DNA from: Octopus sinensis
Taxonomy: Eukaryota
DNA: 64,000 nucleotides
Assembly (NCBI RefSeq): GCF_006345805.1
Contig: NC_043016.1
Location: forward strand, 10,416,001-10,480,000
Direction of reading: 5' to 3'
Positions within the stretch are counted from its first letter, which is position 1. Every line of letters starts with the position of its first letter. Position numbers and translations under genes: made by a program. Positions 1 through 13,840 of this stretch are shown here, in pieces. The notes beneath the pieces are model-generated. The model worked only from the letters and a program-made list of their open reading frames with translations, was not told the origin of the DNA and did no database searches.

Positions 1-3000
1 AATCAAGTTATGGCGAAGGCTTGAAAGTAGCCTAAAAGGTTAATTTTCGTAACAATGTATGAAGAAACGTAGTAACAACGAATAAAATAGTAAGATAAAT
101 TTTAAGAACTTGCTGCGGACATCGAACGGAGTTGAAATTGAATTGGGAATTTAAATTATAGAATCGTAATGGTGAGTGAGAGGAGGAAAAAAGACCGCCA
201 AATGGCTGATGAAAGATGGGAAGAGATAGGAGTTACGGCTTGAGGTAGCCTGGCCTAAGGTTAAATTTTGTAGAGAGAGAGATAGAAAGATAAATCAAGT
301 TATGGCGAAGGCTTGAAAGTAGCCTAAAAGGTTAAATTTCGTAACAATGTATGAAGAAACGTAGTAAAACGAATAAAATAGTAAGATAAATTTTTAAGAA
401 CTTGCTGCGGACATCGAACGGGAGTTGAAATTGAATTGGGAATTTAAATTATAGAATCGTAATGGTGAGAGGAGAAAAAAAAGACCGCCAAATGGCTGAA
501 AGATGGGAAGAGATAGGATTACGGCTTGAGGTAGCCTGGCCTAAGGTTAAATTTTGTAGAGAGAGAGATAGAAAGATAAATCAAGTTATGGCGAAGGCTT
601 GAAAGTAGCCTAAAAGGTTAAATTTTCGTAACAATGTATGAGAAGAAACGTAGTAACACAACGAATAAAATAGTAAGATAAATTTTTAAGAACTTGCTGC
701 GGACATCGAACGGGAGTTGAATTGAATTGGGAATTTAAATTATAGAATCGTAATGGTGAGAGGAGGAAAAAAAGACCGCCAAAGGCTGAAAGATGGGAAG
801 AGAATAGAGATTACGGGCTTGAGGTAGCCTGGCCTAAGGTTAAATTTTGTAGAGAGAGAGATAGAAAGATAAATCAAGTTATGGCGAGGCTTGAAAGTAG
901 CCTAAAAGGTTAAATTTTCGTAACAATGTATGAAGAAACGTAGTAACAACGAATAAAATAGTAAGATAATAAATTTTTAAGAACTTGCTGCGGACATCGA
1001 ACGGGAGTTGAAATTGAATTGGGAATTTAAATTATAGAATCGTAATGGTGAGAGGAGGAAAAAAAGACCGCCAAATGGCTGAAAGATGGAAGAGATAGGA
1101 TTACGGCTTGAGGTAGCCTGGCCTAAGGTTAAATTTTGTAGGAGAGAGATAGAAAGATAAATCAAGTTATGGCGAAGGCTTGAAAGTAGCCTAAAAGGTT
1201 AAATTTTCGTAACAATGTATGAAGAAACGTAGTAACAACGAATAAAATAGTAAGATAAATTTTTAAGAACTTGCTGCGGACATCGAACGCGAACGGGAAG
1301 TTGAAATTGAATTGGGAATTTAAATTATAGAATCGTAATGGTGAGAGGAGGAAAAAGACCGCCCCCCCAAATGGCTGAAAGATGGGAAGAGATAGGATTA
1401 CGGCTTGAGGTAGCCTGGCCTAAGGTTAAATTTTGTAGAGAGAGAGATAGAAAGATAAATCAAGTTATGGCGAAGGCTTGAAAGTAGCCTAAAAGGTTAA
1501 ATTTTCGTAACAATGTATGAAGAAACGTAGTAACAACGAATAAAATAGTAAGATAAATTTTAAGAACTTGCTGCGGACATCGAACGGGAGTTGAAATTGA
1601 ATTGGGAATTAAATTATAGAATCGTAATGGTGAGAGGAGAAAAAAAGACCGCCAAATGGCTGAAAGATGGGAAGAGATAGGATTACGGCTTGAGGTAGCC
1701 TGGCCTAAGGTTAAATTTTGTAGAGAGAGAGATAGAAAGATAAATCAAGTTATGGCGAAGGCTTGAAAGTAGCCTAAAGGTTAAATTTTCGTAACAATGT
1801 ATGAAGAAACGTAGTAACAACGAATAAAATAGTAAGATAAATTTTTAAGAACTTGCTGCGGACATCGAACGGGAGTTGAAATTGAATTGGGAATTTAAAT
1901 TATAGAATCGTAATGGTGAGAGGAGGAAAAAAAGACCGCCAAATGGCTGAAAGATGGAAGAGATAGGATTACGGCTGAGGTAGCCTGGCCTAAGGTTAAA
2001 TTTGTAGAGAGAGAGATAGAAAGATAAATCAAGTTATGGCGAAGGCTTGAAAGTAGCCTAAAAGGTTAAATTTTTCGTAACAATGTATGAAGAAACGTAG
2101 TAACAACGAATAAAATAGTAAGATAAATTTTAAGAACTTGCTGCGGACATCGAACGGGAGTTGAAATTGAATTGGGAATTTAAATTATAGAATCGTAATG
2201 GTGAGAGGAGGAAAAAAAAGAAAAAAAGACCGCAAATGGCTGATGAAAGATGGAAGAGATAGGATTACGGCTTGAGGTAGCCTGGCCTAAGGTTAAATTT
2301 TGTAGAGAGAGAGATAGAAAGATAAATCAAGTTATGGCGAAGGCTTGAAAGTAGCCTAAAAGGTTAAATTTTCGTAACAATGTATGAAGAAACGTAGTAA
2401 CAACGAATAAAATAGTAAGATAAATTTTTAAGAACTTGCTGCGGACATCGAACGGGAGTTGAAATTGAATTGGGAATTTAAATTATAGAATCGTAATGGT
2501 GAGAGGAGGAAAAAAAAGACCGCCAAATGGCTGAAAGATGGGAAGAGATAGGATTACGGCTTGAGGTAGCCTGGCCTAAGGTTAAATTTTGTAGAGAGAG
2601 AGATAGAAAGATAAATCAAGTTATGGCGAAGGCTTGAAAGTAGCCTAAAAGGTTAAATTTTCGTAACAATGTATGAAGAAACGTAGTAACAACGAATAAA
2701 ATAGTAAGATAAATTTTTAAGAACTTGCTGCGGACATCGAACGGGAGTTGAAATTGAATTGGGAATTAAATTAGAGAATCGTAATGGTGAGAGGAGGAAA
2801 AAAAGACCGCCAAATGGCTGAAAGATGGGAAGAGATAGGATACGGCTTGAGGTAGCCTGGCCTAAGGTTAAATTTTGTAGAGAGAGAGATAGAAAGATAA
2901 ATCAAGTTATGGCGAAGGCTTGAAAGTAGCCTAAAAGGTTAAATTTTCGTAACAATGTATGAAGAAACGTAGTAACAACGAATAAAATAGTAAGATAAAT

Positions 3001-4133
3001 TTTTAAGAACTTGCTGCGGACATCGAACGGGAGTTGAAATTGAATTGGGAATTTAAATTATAGAATCGTAATGGTGAGAGGAGGAAAAAAAAAAAAAGAC
3101 CGCCAAATGGCTGAAAGATGGGAAGAGATAGGATTACGGCTTGAGGTAGCCTGGCCTAAGGTTAAATTTTGTAGAGAGAGAGATAGAAAGATAAATCAAG
3201 TTATGGCGAAGGCTTGAAAGTAGCCTAAAAGGTTAAATTTTCGTAACAATGTATGAAGAAACGTAGTAACAACGAATAAAATAGTAAGATAAATTTTTAA
3301 GAACTTGCTGCGGACATCGAACGGGAGTTGAATTGAAATTGTGGAATTTAAATTATAGAATCGTAATGGTGAGAGGAGGAAAAAAAAGACCGCCAAATGG
3401 CTGAAAGATGGGAAGAGATAGGATTACGGCTTGAGGTAGCCTGGCCTAAGGTTAAATTTTGTAGAGAGAGAGATAGAAAGATAAATCAAGTTATGGCGAA
3501 GGCTTGAAAGTAGCCTAAAAGGTTAAATTTTCGTAACAATGTATGAAGAAACGTAGTAACAACGAATAATAAAATAGTAAGATAAATTTTAAGAACTTGC
3601 TGCGGACATCGAACGGGAGTTGAAATTGAATTGGGAATTTAAATTATAGAATCGTAATGGTGAGAGGAGGAAAAAAAAAGACCGCCAAAGGCTGAAAGAT
3701 GGAAGGAGATAGGATTACGGCTTGAGGTAGCCTGGCCTAAGTTAAATTTGTAGAGAGAGAGATAGAAAGATAAATCAAGTTATGGCGAAGGCTTGAAAGT
3801 AGCCTAAAAGGTTAAATTTTCGTAACAATGTATGAAGAAACGTAGTAACAACGAATAAAATAGTAAGATAAATTTTTAAGAACTTGCTGCGGACATCGAA
3901 CGGGAGTTGAAATTGAATTGGGAATTTAAATTATAGAATCGTAATGGTGAGAGGAGGAAAAAAACCGCCAAATGGCTGAAAGATGGGAAGAGATAGGATT
4001 ACGGCTTGAGGTAGCCTGGCCTAAGGTTAATTTTGTAGAGAGAGAGATAGAAAGATAAATCAAGTTATGCGAAGGCTTGAAAGTAGCCTAAAAGGTTAAA
4101 TTTTCGTAACAATGTATGAAGAAACGTAGTAAC
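1..4133. repeat. Tandem satellite, ~290-bp unit, 14 full copies plus a partial one (may continue left of the window)
   Basis: Unit start AATCAAGTTATG recurs at 1, 293, 579, 872, 1160, 1458, 1743, 2027, 2325, 2614, 2900, 3194, 3484, 3773 and 4058. Copies differ mainly by small indels. Confidence 0.97.
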
Positions 4134-4420
4134 AATATATATACACACACAACACTCACACAGTGTATAATATATATATACACACTCTCACACACACACA
4201 CACACACACAACATATATATATATATATATATAATATTTGGCTCATCCATAAATAATGCAGTTTTTGCAACAGCATTAACTAAAAGTCAGGGAAGCGGGG
4301 ATATAAACTACCTGCATCCACTGTATAAAAGCAGGTAGTAATCTTACCTTTTTTTATTATTCTTAGTGCAAGTTTGGAAGAATGCAGTTTGATTTTAATA
4401 GTTATGTTTTCAAAGCTATA

Positions 4421-5346
4421 ATGGAAGTGAAAAAAGAGTGTATTCGGTATATTTCACTTTATGAGTTCAATAAAAGCAACAACACAATGGAAAGCGTGAG
4501 GAATATTAATGCAGTATATTTGGGGATTGGCAATAAGTGCAAGCCAGTGTCAACGGTGGTTCCAGAAATCTAAGCCAGAAACTACAGCCTAGAAGACAAG
4601 CCTCTTCCTGAAAGATCTATAGAGTTCAATGAGGACGTCCTGCAAACCCTGGTGAAACAAAATCTCATCGTAACTGTTAAGGAAGCAGCAGCAACGCTTG
4701 GATTTACTCATTCAACCATTCATCAACACCTGTGTGCCATTGGAAAAGTCAGCAAATCTAGTCAATGGGTTCCTCACAAACTTTCTGAGTCTAGTCACAC
4801 ACAGAGAGTGAATGTGTGCTCTTCTTTGCTATCACATCTCACGAATGAACCTTTTTTTAATCAAATAGTGACTGGTGATAAGAAATTCGTTCTCTATAAA
4901 AATGTCAAGTACCGAAGACAGTAGGTAGGGAAACACTGGCACCTCAGGCTAAAAAAGGTTTTCACCCATGTCAGGTGTTGTGGCTTAAGTCAGTGCTAGA
5001 AGAAATATGACCATCTTTGGTTTCAAGACAAAAGGTGTTCTCCCATCAGGATAATGATTGACCACATACAACGAGGATGACATCCCAAAGGCTGGAGCAG
5101 TTTCAATGGGAAACAATGTCCCACCCACCATATTCACCAGACATTGCTCCATCTGATTATCATTTATTCCACTGTCTTCAAAGTCATTTGGACAGAAAAA
5201 ATATGAATTCTGTAGACGAGGTCAGAACAAAACTGGAGGAGTATTTTTCATCACGGACAAATGAATTTTGGAAGAGGGGCCTGGAAAGTCTACCAGATAG
5301 ATAGAAGAGCATTGTAGGAAATGAAGGAGAATATATTTTAGATTAA
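4421..5346 (+). pseudogene. Decayed mariner (DD34D) transposase; the element probably starts near 4235
   Basis: Fragments MEVKKECIRYISLYEF, WVPHKL, IVTGDKKFV and HPPYSPDIAPSDYHLF; ends EGEYILD*. Contains frameshifts, stops and an internal deletion. Confidence 0.92.
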
Positions 5347-5369
5347 TAAAGAACTTTGTTTATCTTAAT

Positions 5370-5433
5370 ATACAAATACATGCACATATACATACATACA
5401 TACATACATACACACACACATACATACATACAT

Positions 5434-5466
<33 letters not shown>

Positions 5467-5475
5467 TACATACAT

Positions 5476-5506
<31 letters not shown>

Positions 5507-5603
5507 TACATACATACATACATACATGCATACATACATGCATACATACATGCATACATAAATACATACATACATACATACATACATACATACATACATA
5601 CTT

Positions 5604-5634
<31 letters not shown>

Positions 5635-5688
5635 TACATACATACATGCATACATACATGCATACATACATGCATACATAAACACACA
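5370..5688. repeat. (ATAC)n/(AC)n compound microsatellite
   Basis: Directly visible; replaces the right end of the mariner. Confidence 0.95.
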
Positions 5689-6316
5689 AAAGAGTAGAAT
5701 GTGATTTGAAGAAGATTTTTGCTGCTATTTCTAGCAAATCGAACATTCACATTGAGGGCCCCTTAGCTGAATCATACAGTAAGTAGTTAGAAGTATATCC
5801 ATGCACCTCTACTTACTGAAATTTGGGTACCAACTTGATAGCTTAGTCAATCAAATTGATACCAATGCTTATCTTAAGTCAAGCATTTATTTTATCAGTT
5901 TCTTTTTGCCAAATCTCTAAGTAACAAAGATGTAACGAAAAGAAATTTCTGAATTTGAGTGACCAGCTACAAGGTTTGTTGAAGTTATATTTTGGCCATT
6001 GAGATTTTAAATCCCAAAATATTTATTTTCTATCATTAACAAGTGTATAATATAATGATTAGCACATGTGACAGTGACAGAACAGGTATTTACACCAAAA
6101 TAACAGTTAGTCAATGAGGTACAAAGGTGAGTGGACTGTCTAGCAACATGACAGGTATCTGTCCTACTGAAATGAATTGATTGATTCTAGCAGCTCGCTG
6201 GTTTAGATGTGTCATCGTCATCATTGCCATCCATTGATCTTGATGTTACAACCAAGTGTGCCCTACTTTGCTAACAGACTTTACTCACTAATGGCAAAAA
6301 GGTACTAAGTATATAG

Positions 6317-6462
6317 AAGGCGATAAGCTGGCAGAAACGTTAGCACACTGGGTGAAATGTTCAACGGTATTTCGTCTGCCGCTACGTTCTGAGTTCAAAT
6401 TCCGCAGAGATCAACTTTGCCTTGCATCCTTTCGGGGTCGATTAAATAAGTACCAGTTACGC
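6317..6462 (+). mobile_element. tRNA-derived SINE, Meta-domain-like family, 3'-truncated
   Basis: AGCTGGCAGAAACGTTAGC head, GAGTTCAAATTCC B box and CATCCTTTCGGGGTCGAT..AAGTACCAG core. Confidence 0.8.
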
Positions 6463-6710
6463 AACATCAACAACAGAAGGATATTTTTGCTTGTATGTAT
6501 GTATGTATCAAACTCAATTGTTACACCAAAAACATTAAATTTCAGGACTCAATACAAATGTAGAGCATTCTCTAATGCATTATAACAAAAAGGCTCCAGT
6601 CAGTTTCCAGTTCTCAGAGTTGCTTGCTTCTAATAATTAGTTGGTAAACCGAGCCTGGTTTTCTTTTGAAATATCCATAGTCTGAATATTCTTTGAAAGT
6701 TTGAAGGAAA

Positions 6711-7138
6711 TACTTATTCGGAGTAAAGATTATTTGCCAACGTAACATGGCAGTCCTAGTTTAGGATGAATGTTGCTGTAATTTAGCCCCAGGAAACACC
6801 ACCTGGGGCTAAATTATAGCAACAATCATCCTAAACCAGGATTGCCATGTTATTTCTTATTTCTTTACTGATCACAAAGAGCTACACACAGAGGGGACAA
6901 ACAAGGACTGACAAATGGATTAAGTCGATTATGTCGAACCTAGTGTGTAACTGGTACTTATTTAATCGCCCCCAAAAGGATGAAAGGCAAAGTCGACCTC
7001 AGTGGAATTTGAACTCAGAACGTAGTGGCAGACAAAATATCACTAAGCATTTCGCCCGGTGTGCTAACATTTCTGCCGGCTCGCCACCTTATCCAGGACT
7101 GCCATGTTATGTTGGCAAACAATCTTTACTCCAAAGTA
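6711..7138. mobile_element. Fold-back MITE interrupted by a minus-strand Meta-type SINE (6854-7091)
   Basis: GGAGTAAAGATTATTTGCCAAC is inverted to GTTGGCAAACAATCTTTACTCC; centre CCCCAGG..CCTGGGG. The SINE is flanked by a CCAGGA(T/C)TGCCATGTTAT duplication. Confidence 0.8.
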
Positions 7139-8111
7139 CTGTTGCTTAATATCTCTCATTGTAAGATTTAAAAAATAGTAATTTTCTAAATACTTATTCA
7201 TATGTTCTTTTGTTTAAAAGCCTTTGTGAATGATACATGAAGCTTCTTTTCAGTTTCCCCACCTACAAAATTTTACTCACAAGGCACAAATTAATGTGGG
7301 ACAAATAACAGCAGAAGACACATGCCTAAAGTGTTGGGGCATGGGATTGAAATGAAAATTGCATGGCTGCAAGCCAAACTCCTTATCCACAAACCAAATT
7401 TCTCAACCACACACTCATGCTAACATCCGTCTTTGTATAGAGTTAACGATACACGAACAATATGGAAACGTTCCAAATTTGATGGAAAAAGAAAATTAGA
7501 TTTAAGTTGACGATTTCATTATCTGATTACAAACACATCGACTAACAATGGAATGAACGCAAATTTACTCTGATGTCATTCTTCAAATGAATCTAGTTTA
7601 GGCATAACCAGCATTAACGTGTACTTTTCGTATCAATTCCTGATAGTTAATATCCATTATCGCAGCCTGGTGCTTTAATGACATCTTCACATGTATTAAT
7701 GTACAACTGTCTTTCTTCATCAATTCCTGAAACAACATAACAGAAAATGAATTTGTCTCATGTTAAAAGCTCTGCTGTCTTTGTTTCCAGAAATTGCACA
7801 ATTCTTTCATTTTCTGGGGTTTTTTTTTTGGTGTGTGGGAGTTACTTTTTACCATTTTTCATTTCCTTTATTTATTTCTTTTTTGATCTTTTACATGTTT
7901 CAGTTATAAGACTGTGGCCATGGAGGAGCATTTTCTTAAAGAGTTTAGTCAAACCAATTGACCTCAGAACTTGTTTTTTTGTTTTTAATCTGGAATTCAA
8001 TTCTATCCGTTTCTTTTGCTGAATCTCTAAGTTACAGGAACAACACAAGCTGTGAAGCAACCGGGTGTGAATAAACACAAAGACAAACACACACACACGC
8101 ACACATACACA

Positions 8112-8168
<57 letters not shown>

Positions 8169-8175
8169 CACACAC

Positions 8176-8672
8176 AATGGTGAGCTGGCAGAATCATTAG
8201 CACACCAGGTAAAATGCTTGGTGGCATTTCATCTGTCCTCGTGTTCTGAGTTCAAATTCCATTGTGGTCAGTTTTGCTGTTTAGCCTTTGAGGGTCGGTA
8301 AACTAAGTACCAGTTGAATACTGGGGGTTGATGTAATCAACTTAGCTCCTCCCACAAAACTTGTTGGCCTTGTGCCAAAAACATGAAACCATTATTAATA
8401 CGGTAGAAAGCTGGCAGAATCATTATCATGATGGACAAAATGCTTAGCAGCATTTCTTCTGACTTTATATTCTGAGTTCAAATCCCACCATAGTCGACAA
8501 TGCTTTTCAGCTTTTCAGCTTTTCAGGATTGTTAAACTAAGAACCAGTTGAGTACTAAAATTTGAAACCAATACTCTTATTAATACTTTTTTTTCTACTC
8601 TAGGCACAAGGCCTGAAATTTTGGGGGAAGGAAACAAGCGATTAGATCATCCCCAGTATGCAACTGGTACTT
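8176..8672. mobile_element. Cluster of three degenerate Meta-type SINEs
   Basis: GCTGGCAGAATCATTA heads at ~8180 and ~8410; an inverted tail at ~8590-8672. Confidence 0.7.
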
Positions 8673-8677
8673 TAGAT

Positions 8678-9878
8678 GGTGCGTAAATTACATGAGTAGA
8701 TCATTTCCAGAATTTGTTTTGAAATTTTTTTTTGTTGGAAAAAGACGTACAAAATGTAAACATTTGTATCGGAAGTTGACTCATTTAATGTCCGAAGAGG
8801 TTTTTACAGAAACAAATAATGGTTTAAATACACATAATGAAGTTGGCTTACTTATCTGGGATGGTGTAATGCTTGATTTTTCTGTATAAATTTACTAAAA
8901 CCGTTTAATGGTCAACTACTTTTCAAAGTCTGATGTTCATGCTAGTAAACATGGTCCAGGCCATATTTTACATTGCTTGGAGTTTCTACCTATTGCAATG
9001 GAGCACCATTGACGAACATAGTGATATGGATATTCCTGACTGAAAAAAATGCAATGATATGGATAATCTTGATTGTATATTTATATTTTTGTCTGTTTAT
9101 TACTAGGCACAGTTTTAAGTTTGTCCTACTGTTCGCGCCTATTTCGAGCATTGGCTTCCTTAACATTAAAATGCCTTCCAGTGGCTCTATTGCCACATTC
9201 AAAGGCATATTCAACATATTTAATTCCTCCTTCGCATGAGTTCTGCCCATACCTGACAATAATGGTAATGACAAATTTTTAAGTTTGCTTGACATTTTAT
9301 AAATATGAAAGGGATTAAAACTTCGATACTCTGTATCAAAGGTTGCGACAAGAATAGGCAGAAAAGAATTCTGTTTACATAATCAATATGATTGGTCGCC
9401 TTCCTCTGTTGGTTGAACAAAGTGTCATCCAAACTGAAGTTTATTGGTAATTAAACTTAATTTGCAACACCTGTGCATATTTATCAGCTTTGTTTTTGTT
9501 AGTAATTCCTATCAACAACTTTTCCTGTGATTGTGATTTGAGAAGATATACAGCATAATCTCTTATGGGCAAGAAATGTAAAATAAAGTTTATTATAAAC
9601 AACACAAACATTTTGTAATTTAATAGCTTTCACTGTGATACCTGTTAAACAGCAATTATTTTTATTTAATGAAAATTTAATAGTATTTAATCATAAGTAA
9701 GTGAAATTATGCTAAATACAACTAAATTGAAAACCTTCTTTCCTTGGCTATACTGGCAATTCTGAAAACTTTTAGGTTTGAATTTTACATGAGTAGAAGC
9801 TTTTTTTAACAAATTTAATCCTGAAAATCACCTGCGTAAATTACAGGTGTGCAAATTACATAGGTTTTATATGGCATA
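8678..9878 (-). mobile_element. Old pogo-like (POGK/BrkDBD-type) DNA transposon remnant
   Basis: A minus frame at ~9090-9225 reads KYVEYAFECGNRATGRHFNVKEANARNRREQ*DKLK, resembling a Brinker-type DBD. TGCGTAAATTACA motifs occur at both ends. Confidence 0.5.
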
Positions 9879-10484
9879 TATTAAGACAGGCTTCTTTTAG
9901 TTTCTGTCTACCAATCCACTCACAAGGCTTTAGTTAGCTTGAGGCTATAGTAGAAGACACTTGTCCAAGGTGCCACACAGTGGGAGTGAACCCAGAACCA
10001 TATGGTTGAGAAGTAAGCTTCTTACCATACATCCACACCTGTGCCTGTTTTTTTTTTTTTTTTGCATAATGTGAAGAAAAATAAGCCCTGACAAAAAGAA
10101 CTCAGATTTGCCAATGGCATGTATATGAACAACATATGCAAATACAGGCATAACAAACACCATACAGCATAATTTGTTGGCTTATTAAAATTATCAAAAT
10201 TATGTGTTTTAATTACATAATGGCAATTGAGACCAACTTCATGTGAGAAAGGGGAGATAACCTCAAGAATCAAGAATTCTCTGAAAGGAACATGTTGTTC
10301 ATAAAAAGGATAGGCTTAATGTCTAGAGATAAGGGAACGGTTGTGGACATGTGCTTCTGCTTCAATAGATGAGCATTCTTGATTTCTGAAGTCATCTCTG
10401 TTTTCCACACAGAGCTAGTCACATCTCTCATTTGCTAATTACGACACAGAAAAGTACCTCTAGAGGAGGAGATTCTTTTAATAA

Positions 10485-10892
10485 ATCAGGAGTGGCTGTG
10501 TGGTAAGTAGCTTGCTTACTAACCACATGGCTCCAGGTTCAGTCCCACTGCGTGGCATCTTGGGCAAGTGTCTTCTGCTATAGCCTCGGGCCGACCAATG
10601 CCTTGTGAGTGGATTTGGTAGACGGAAACTGAAAGAAGCCTGTCGTATATATGTATATATATATATATATAAGTGTGTGTGTATATGTTTGTGTGTCTGT
10701 GTTTGTCCCCCTAGCATGCTTGACAACCGATGCTGGTGTGTTTACGTCCCCGTCACTTAGCGGTCGGCAAAAGAGACCGATAGAATAAGTACTTACAAAG
10801 AATAAGTCCTGGGGTCGATTTGCTCGACTAAAGGCGGTGCTCCAGCATGGCCTCAGTCAAATGACTGAAACAAGTAAAAGAGTAAAAGAGTA
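10485..10892 (+). mobile_element. Full-length CORE-like tRNA SINE
   Basis: GGAGTGGCTGTGTGGTAAG head, GGTTCAGTCCC B box, CTTGGGCAAGT core, internal TA/TG tract and GTAAAAGA tail. Confidence 0.85.
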
Positions 10893-11327
10893 ATTTATGC
10901 TGTATGGTATTTGATATACCTGTATTTGTTTATGTTATTCTTCAAAGACATGCCATTACCTACTCTTGACTTATTTGTTTTAGCTTATTCTTGTTTAAAT
11001 TTTGCAAAATTACTCCAAATATAAATATGTTCAACTCATTTTTTAATATATATATAAGTCTAAGCTGTTTGGCTACAGGAGATACAATTGGACAGTTGTC
11101 AAGCTGATGATGACTACTGAGGCAGAAACATATGTGTCAAGGATTGTCATCTGATCTCCAGGCATTAAGCCAGTTCTTTTCCTTAATGGTCTGTCAGCCG
11201 TGGAGAAGTCTTGATTCTTGAGATTATTTCCCCTTGTCAAATTATTTCCCCTTAATTACAATTTGGTAATAGGGACACTTCCTGCAGATGTGAAGATAAT
11301 TTTAATAAATCAAGATTTTATGTTATC

Positions 11328-11526
11328 TCTTTCTTTTTACTTGTTTCAGTCATGTGACTATGGCCATGTTGGAGCACCGCCTTTAGTCAAGCAAATCGAC
11401 CCCAGGACTTATTCTTTGTAAGCCTAGTACTTATTTTATCGGTCTCTTTTTTGCCGAACCACTAAGTTATGGAGACGTAAACACCAGCATCGGTTGTCGA
11501 GCGATGTTGGAGGGACACATACATAT

Positions 11527-11561
<35 letters not shown>

Positions 11562-11728
11562 TACAATGAGTTACTTTCAGTTTCCATCTACCAAATCCAC
11601 TCACAAGGCTTTGGTCAGCCCGAGGCTATAGTAGAAGACACTTGTCCAACGTGCCACGCAGTGGGACTGAACTCGGAACCATGTGGTTCATCATCAAGCT
11701 ACTTACTACACAGCCACTCCTACGCCTA
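11328..11728 (-). mobile_element. Full-length CORE-like tRNA SINE
   Basis: Reverse complement of the 10485-10892 family. Confidence 0.85.
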
Positions 11729-12069
11729 TATATGTTATATGTTTTATTTTAATTAATCAAGATCTTATTTGAGTGAGAATTACTTCTCTTAGCAATAGGG
11801 AGTTTCTTGCTTCCAATCATCAGCGGGTAGACTGAACCTGGTTTTTCTTTGAAATATGAAATAAAAGTTTGAAGGAAACACTTAGATCTTATTACATTAC
11901 ATTTAAAAACCTTTGTGAACATCATTATAAGCAAAAACATATACATCGAGTTTCTTTTCAGTTTCCCATCTACAAAACTTTTAACTCACAAAGCACAAAT
12001 TAATATGGAACAATAGTAGAATTACTTCTCCTAACACTAATGAAGACTTTTTGGTACTGGAGGTAAATA

Positions 12070-12145
<76 letters not shown>

Positions 12146-12204
12146 AGAAACAGAGACAAATAGACAGAGAGAAAGACACAGAGAAAGTGAGAGAGAGAGA
12201 AAGT

Positions 12205-12920
12205 GAGAACCTGATTGACATGAACATTTTCCCTCACTTCATGCACATAAAGGGAAATATACTCACACACACACACACAGAGGGGGAGGGAGAGAGAGAG
12301 AGAGAGAGGAGCGGAGGAGAGAGAGAGAGAGAGATTATAATTAATTGGACATGATTATTATAAATACTTTCCCTCTCCTCAGACACATACATGGAAATAC
12401 GCTCACACACATATACAGAGTGAGAAAGAGTGGGAGGGAGAGAGAGAGGGAGAAGAGGGGGAGAGAGGGAGAAGAAGGAGAGGGGGAGAACAGGGAGAAC
12501 AGGGAGGGAGAACAGGGGGAGAGAGATTGCAATCCATTAATTGAACCTAACTGACATAAACACTTTCTATCTCCTCAGACACCATAAAGGGAAATATGGT
12601 CACAAGGAAGGAGAGAAAGGATGGGAAGAGAGAATGGGGGAGAAAGAGAGAGAGAGAGAGAGAGAGATTATAGAGTATTAATTGAACACAGTTGACATAA
12701 ACACTTTCCTTCTCCTTAGACACATAAAAGGAAATATGGTCAGAGAGCGAGAGAGAGAGAGAGATTACAGTTTATTAATTAAAAATAATTAACATTGAAC
12801 CCTTTCCATTTCCTCAGACTCATAAAAAGAAAGAGAGAGAGAGAGAGAGATTGCAATTTATTAATTGAGCCTGGTTGACATAAACAGTTTCTCTTTCCTT
12901 ATACGCATAAAGAGATATGT
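12205..12920. repeat. Degenerate minisatellite, ~6 units separated by (GA)n tracts
   Basis: Recurring ATTAATTG..TGACATAAACACTTTC..CTCAGAC..ATAAAGGGAAAT motif. Confidence 0.7.
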
Positions 12921-13384
12921 ACGTTCACGGGGAGTAAGAAAGAGGAGGTGGGAGAGAGAGTAAAAAAACATTAAAAGGTCGTGTAAAATAAGTCAGCCTT
13001 GAACTGGTGCCACTTAATGGTTGGTGCCAAAACAGCTGAACTAAAACATCTCGTACACGTAATAAATTTCCCCATCCAGAGAGGTGAAATGGTAGGTAGA
13101 TCGTATAGGAGGGTTAAGGAAAGATGCCTGGTGGTAGTTATTCTGGTCCCTTTGTGTTCTAACAGCAACACCTTCCAAGACACTCGTAATCGGTTGAAAC
13201 CTGCAGCTTTTCTTCTTGGAAGACCATCGAGCAGTGCAGAGGGGGTGGAGAGACTGGCATTAGGGGTCAGCTGCCAGTTTTCTTTAAAAAAAAAAAAAAA
13301 ATTAAATAATACTATGATTACTCCATTTCAAAGAGGTGCTCCAGCATGGCTGCAACCCCAAAAAAAGAGAACCGTTTCCCTTCT

Positions 13385-13840
13385 AACTACCACCACTGCC
13401 TCCACATCCATCACCACTACAACCACCACCACCACCATCACGACCACCACCATCACAACCACCACCACCAACATCACCATTGCCACCACGACCACCACAA
13501 CCACCACCACCACGATCACATCTACCACCACCATCACCACCACCACCACAACAACCACAATAATCGCCCATGATACCACCTCTACCATCACCACCAATAT
13601 CACCATGACCACCACCACTACAACCATTACTCCTCCCACCATCACGACCACTACCATCGCCACCATTCCAACCATCACCCCACCATCATCACCACTACCA
13701 CTATCACCACCATGACCACTACCATCACCACCATTACAATTATCATCCCCACCAGTATCACCACTACCATTACCACCATTACAACCATCACCCCCACCAC
13801 TACCACCATCATCACCCCCACCACCATCACCACCATCAAT
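13385..13840. repeat. (ACC/ATC)n trinucleotide low-complexity tract
   Basis: Directly visible. Confidence 0.9.

Noticed and set aside
5-48. Hammerhead-like look in the satellite unit (ATGGCGA-A-GGCT..AGCC-TAAA)
   Set aside because: Three catalytic-core positions are wrong in essentially all copies and helix I is poor.
1-4133. CRISPR array or 5S/tRNA gene array
   Set aside because: There are no unique spacers and no recognisable RNA gene in the unit.
5343-5750. MYVC/HTYI repeat ORFs, and similar ones at 28816-29384 and 32928-33227
   Set aside because: Microsatellite translations.
10230-10460. Host exon
   Set aside because: Stops occur in the plausible frames; it only faintly resembles an old CR1/L2-type RT and is too weak to call.
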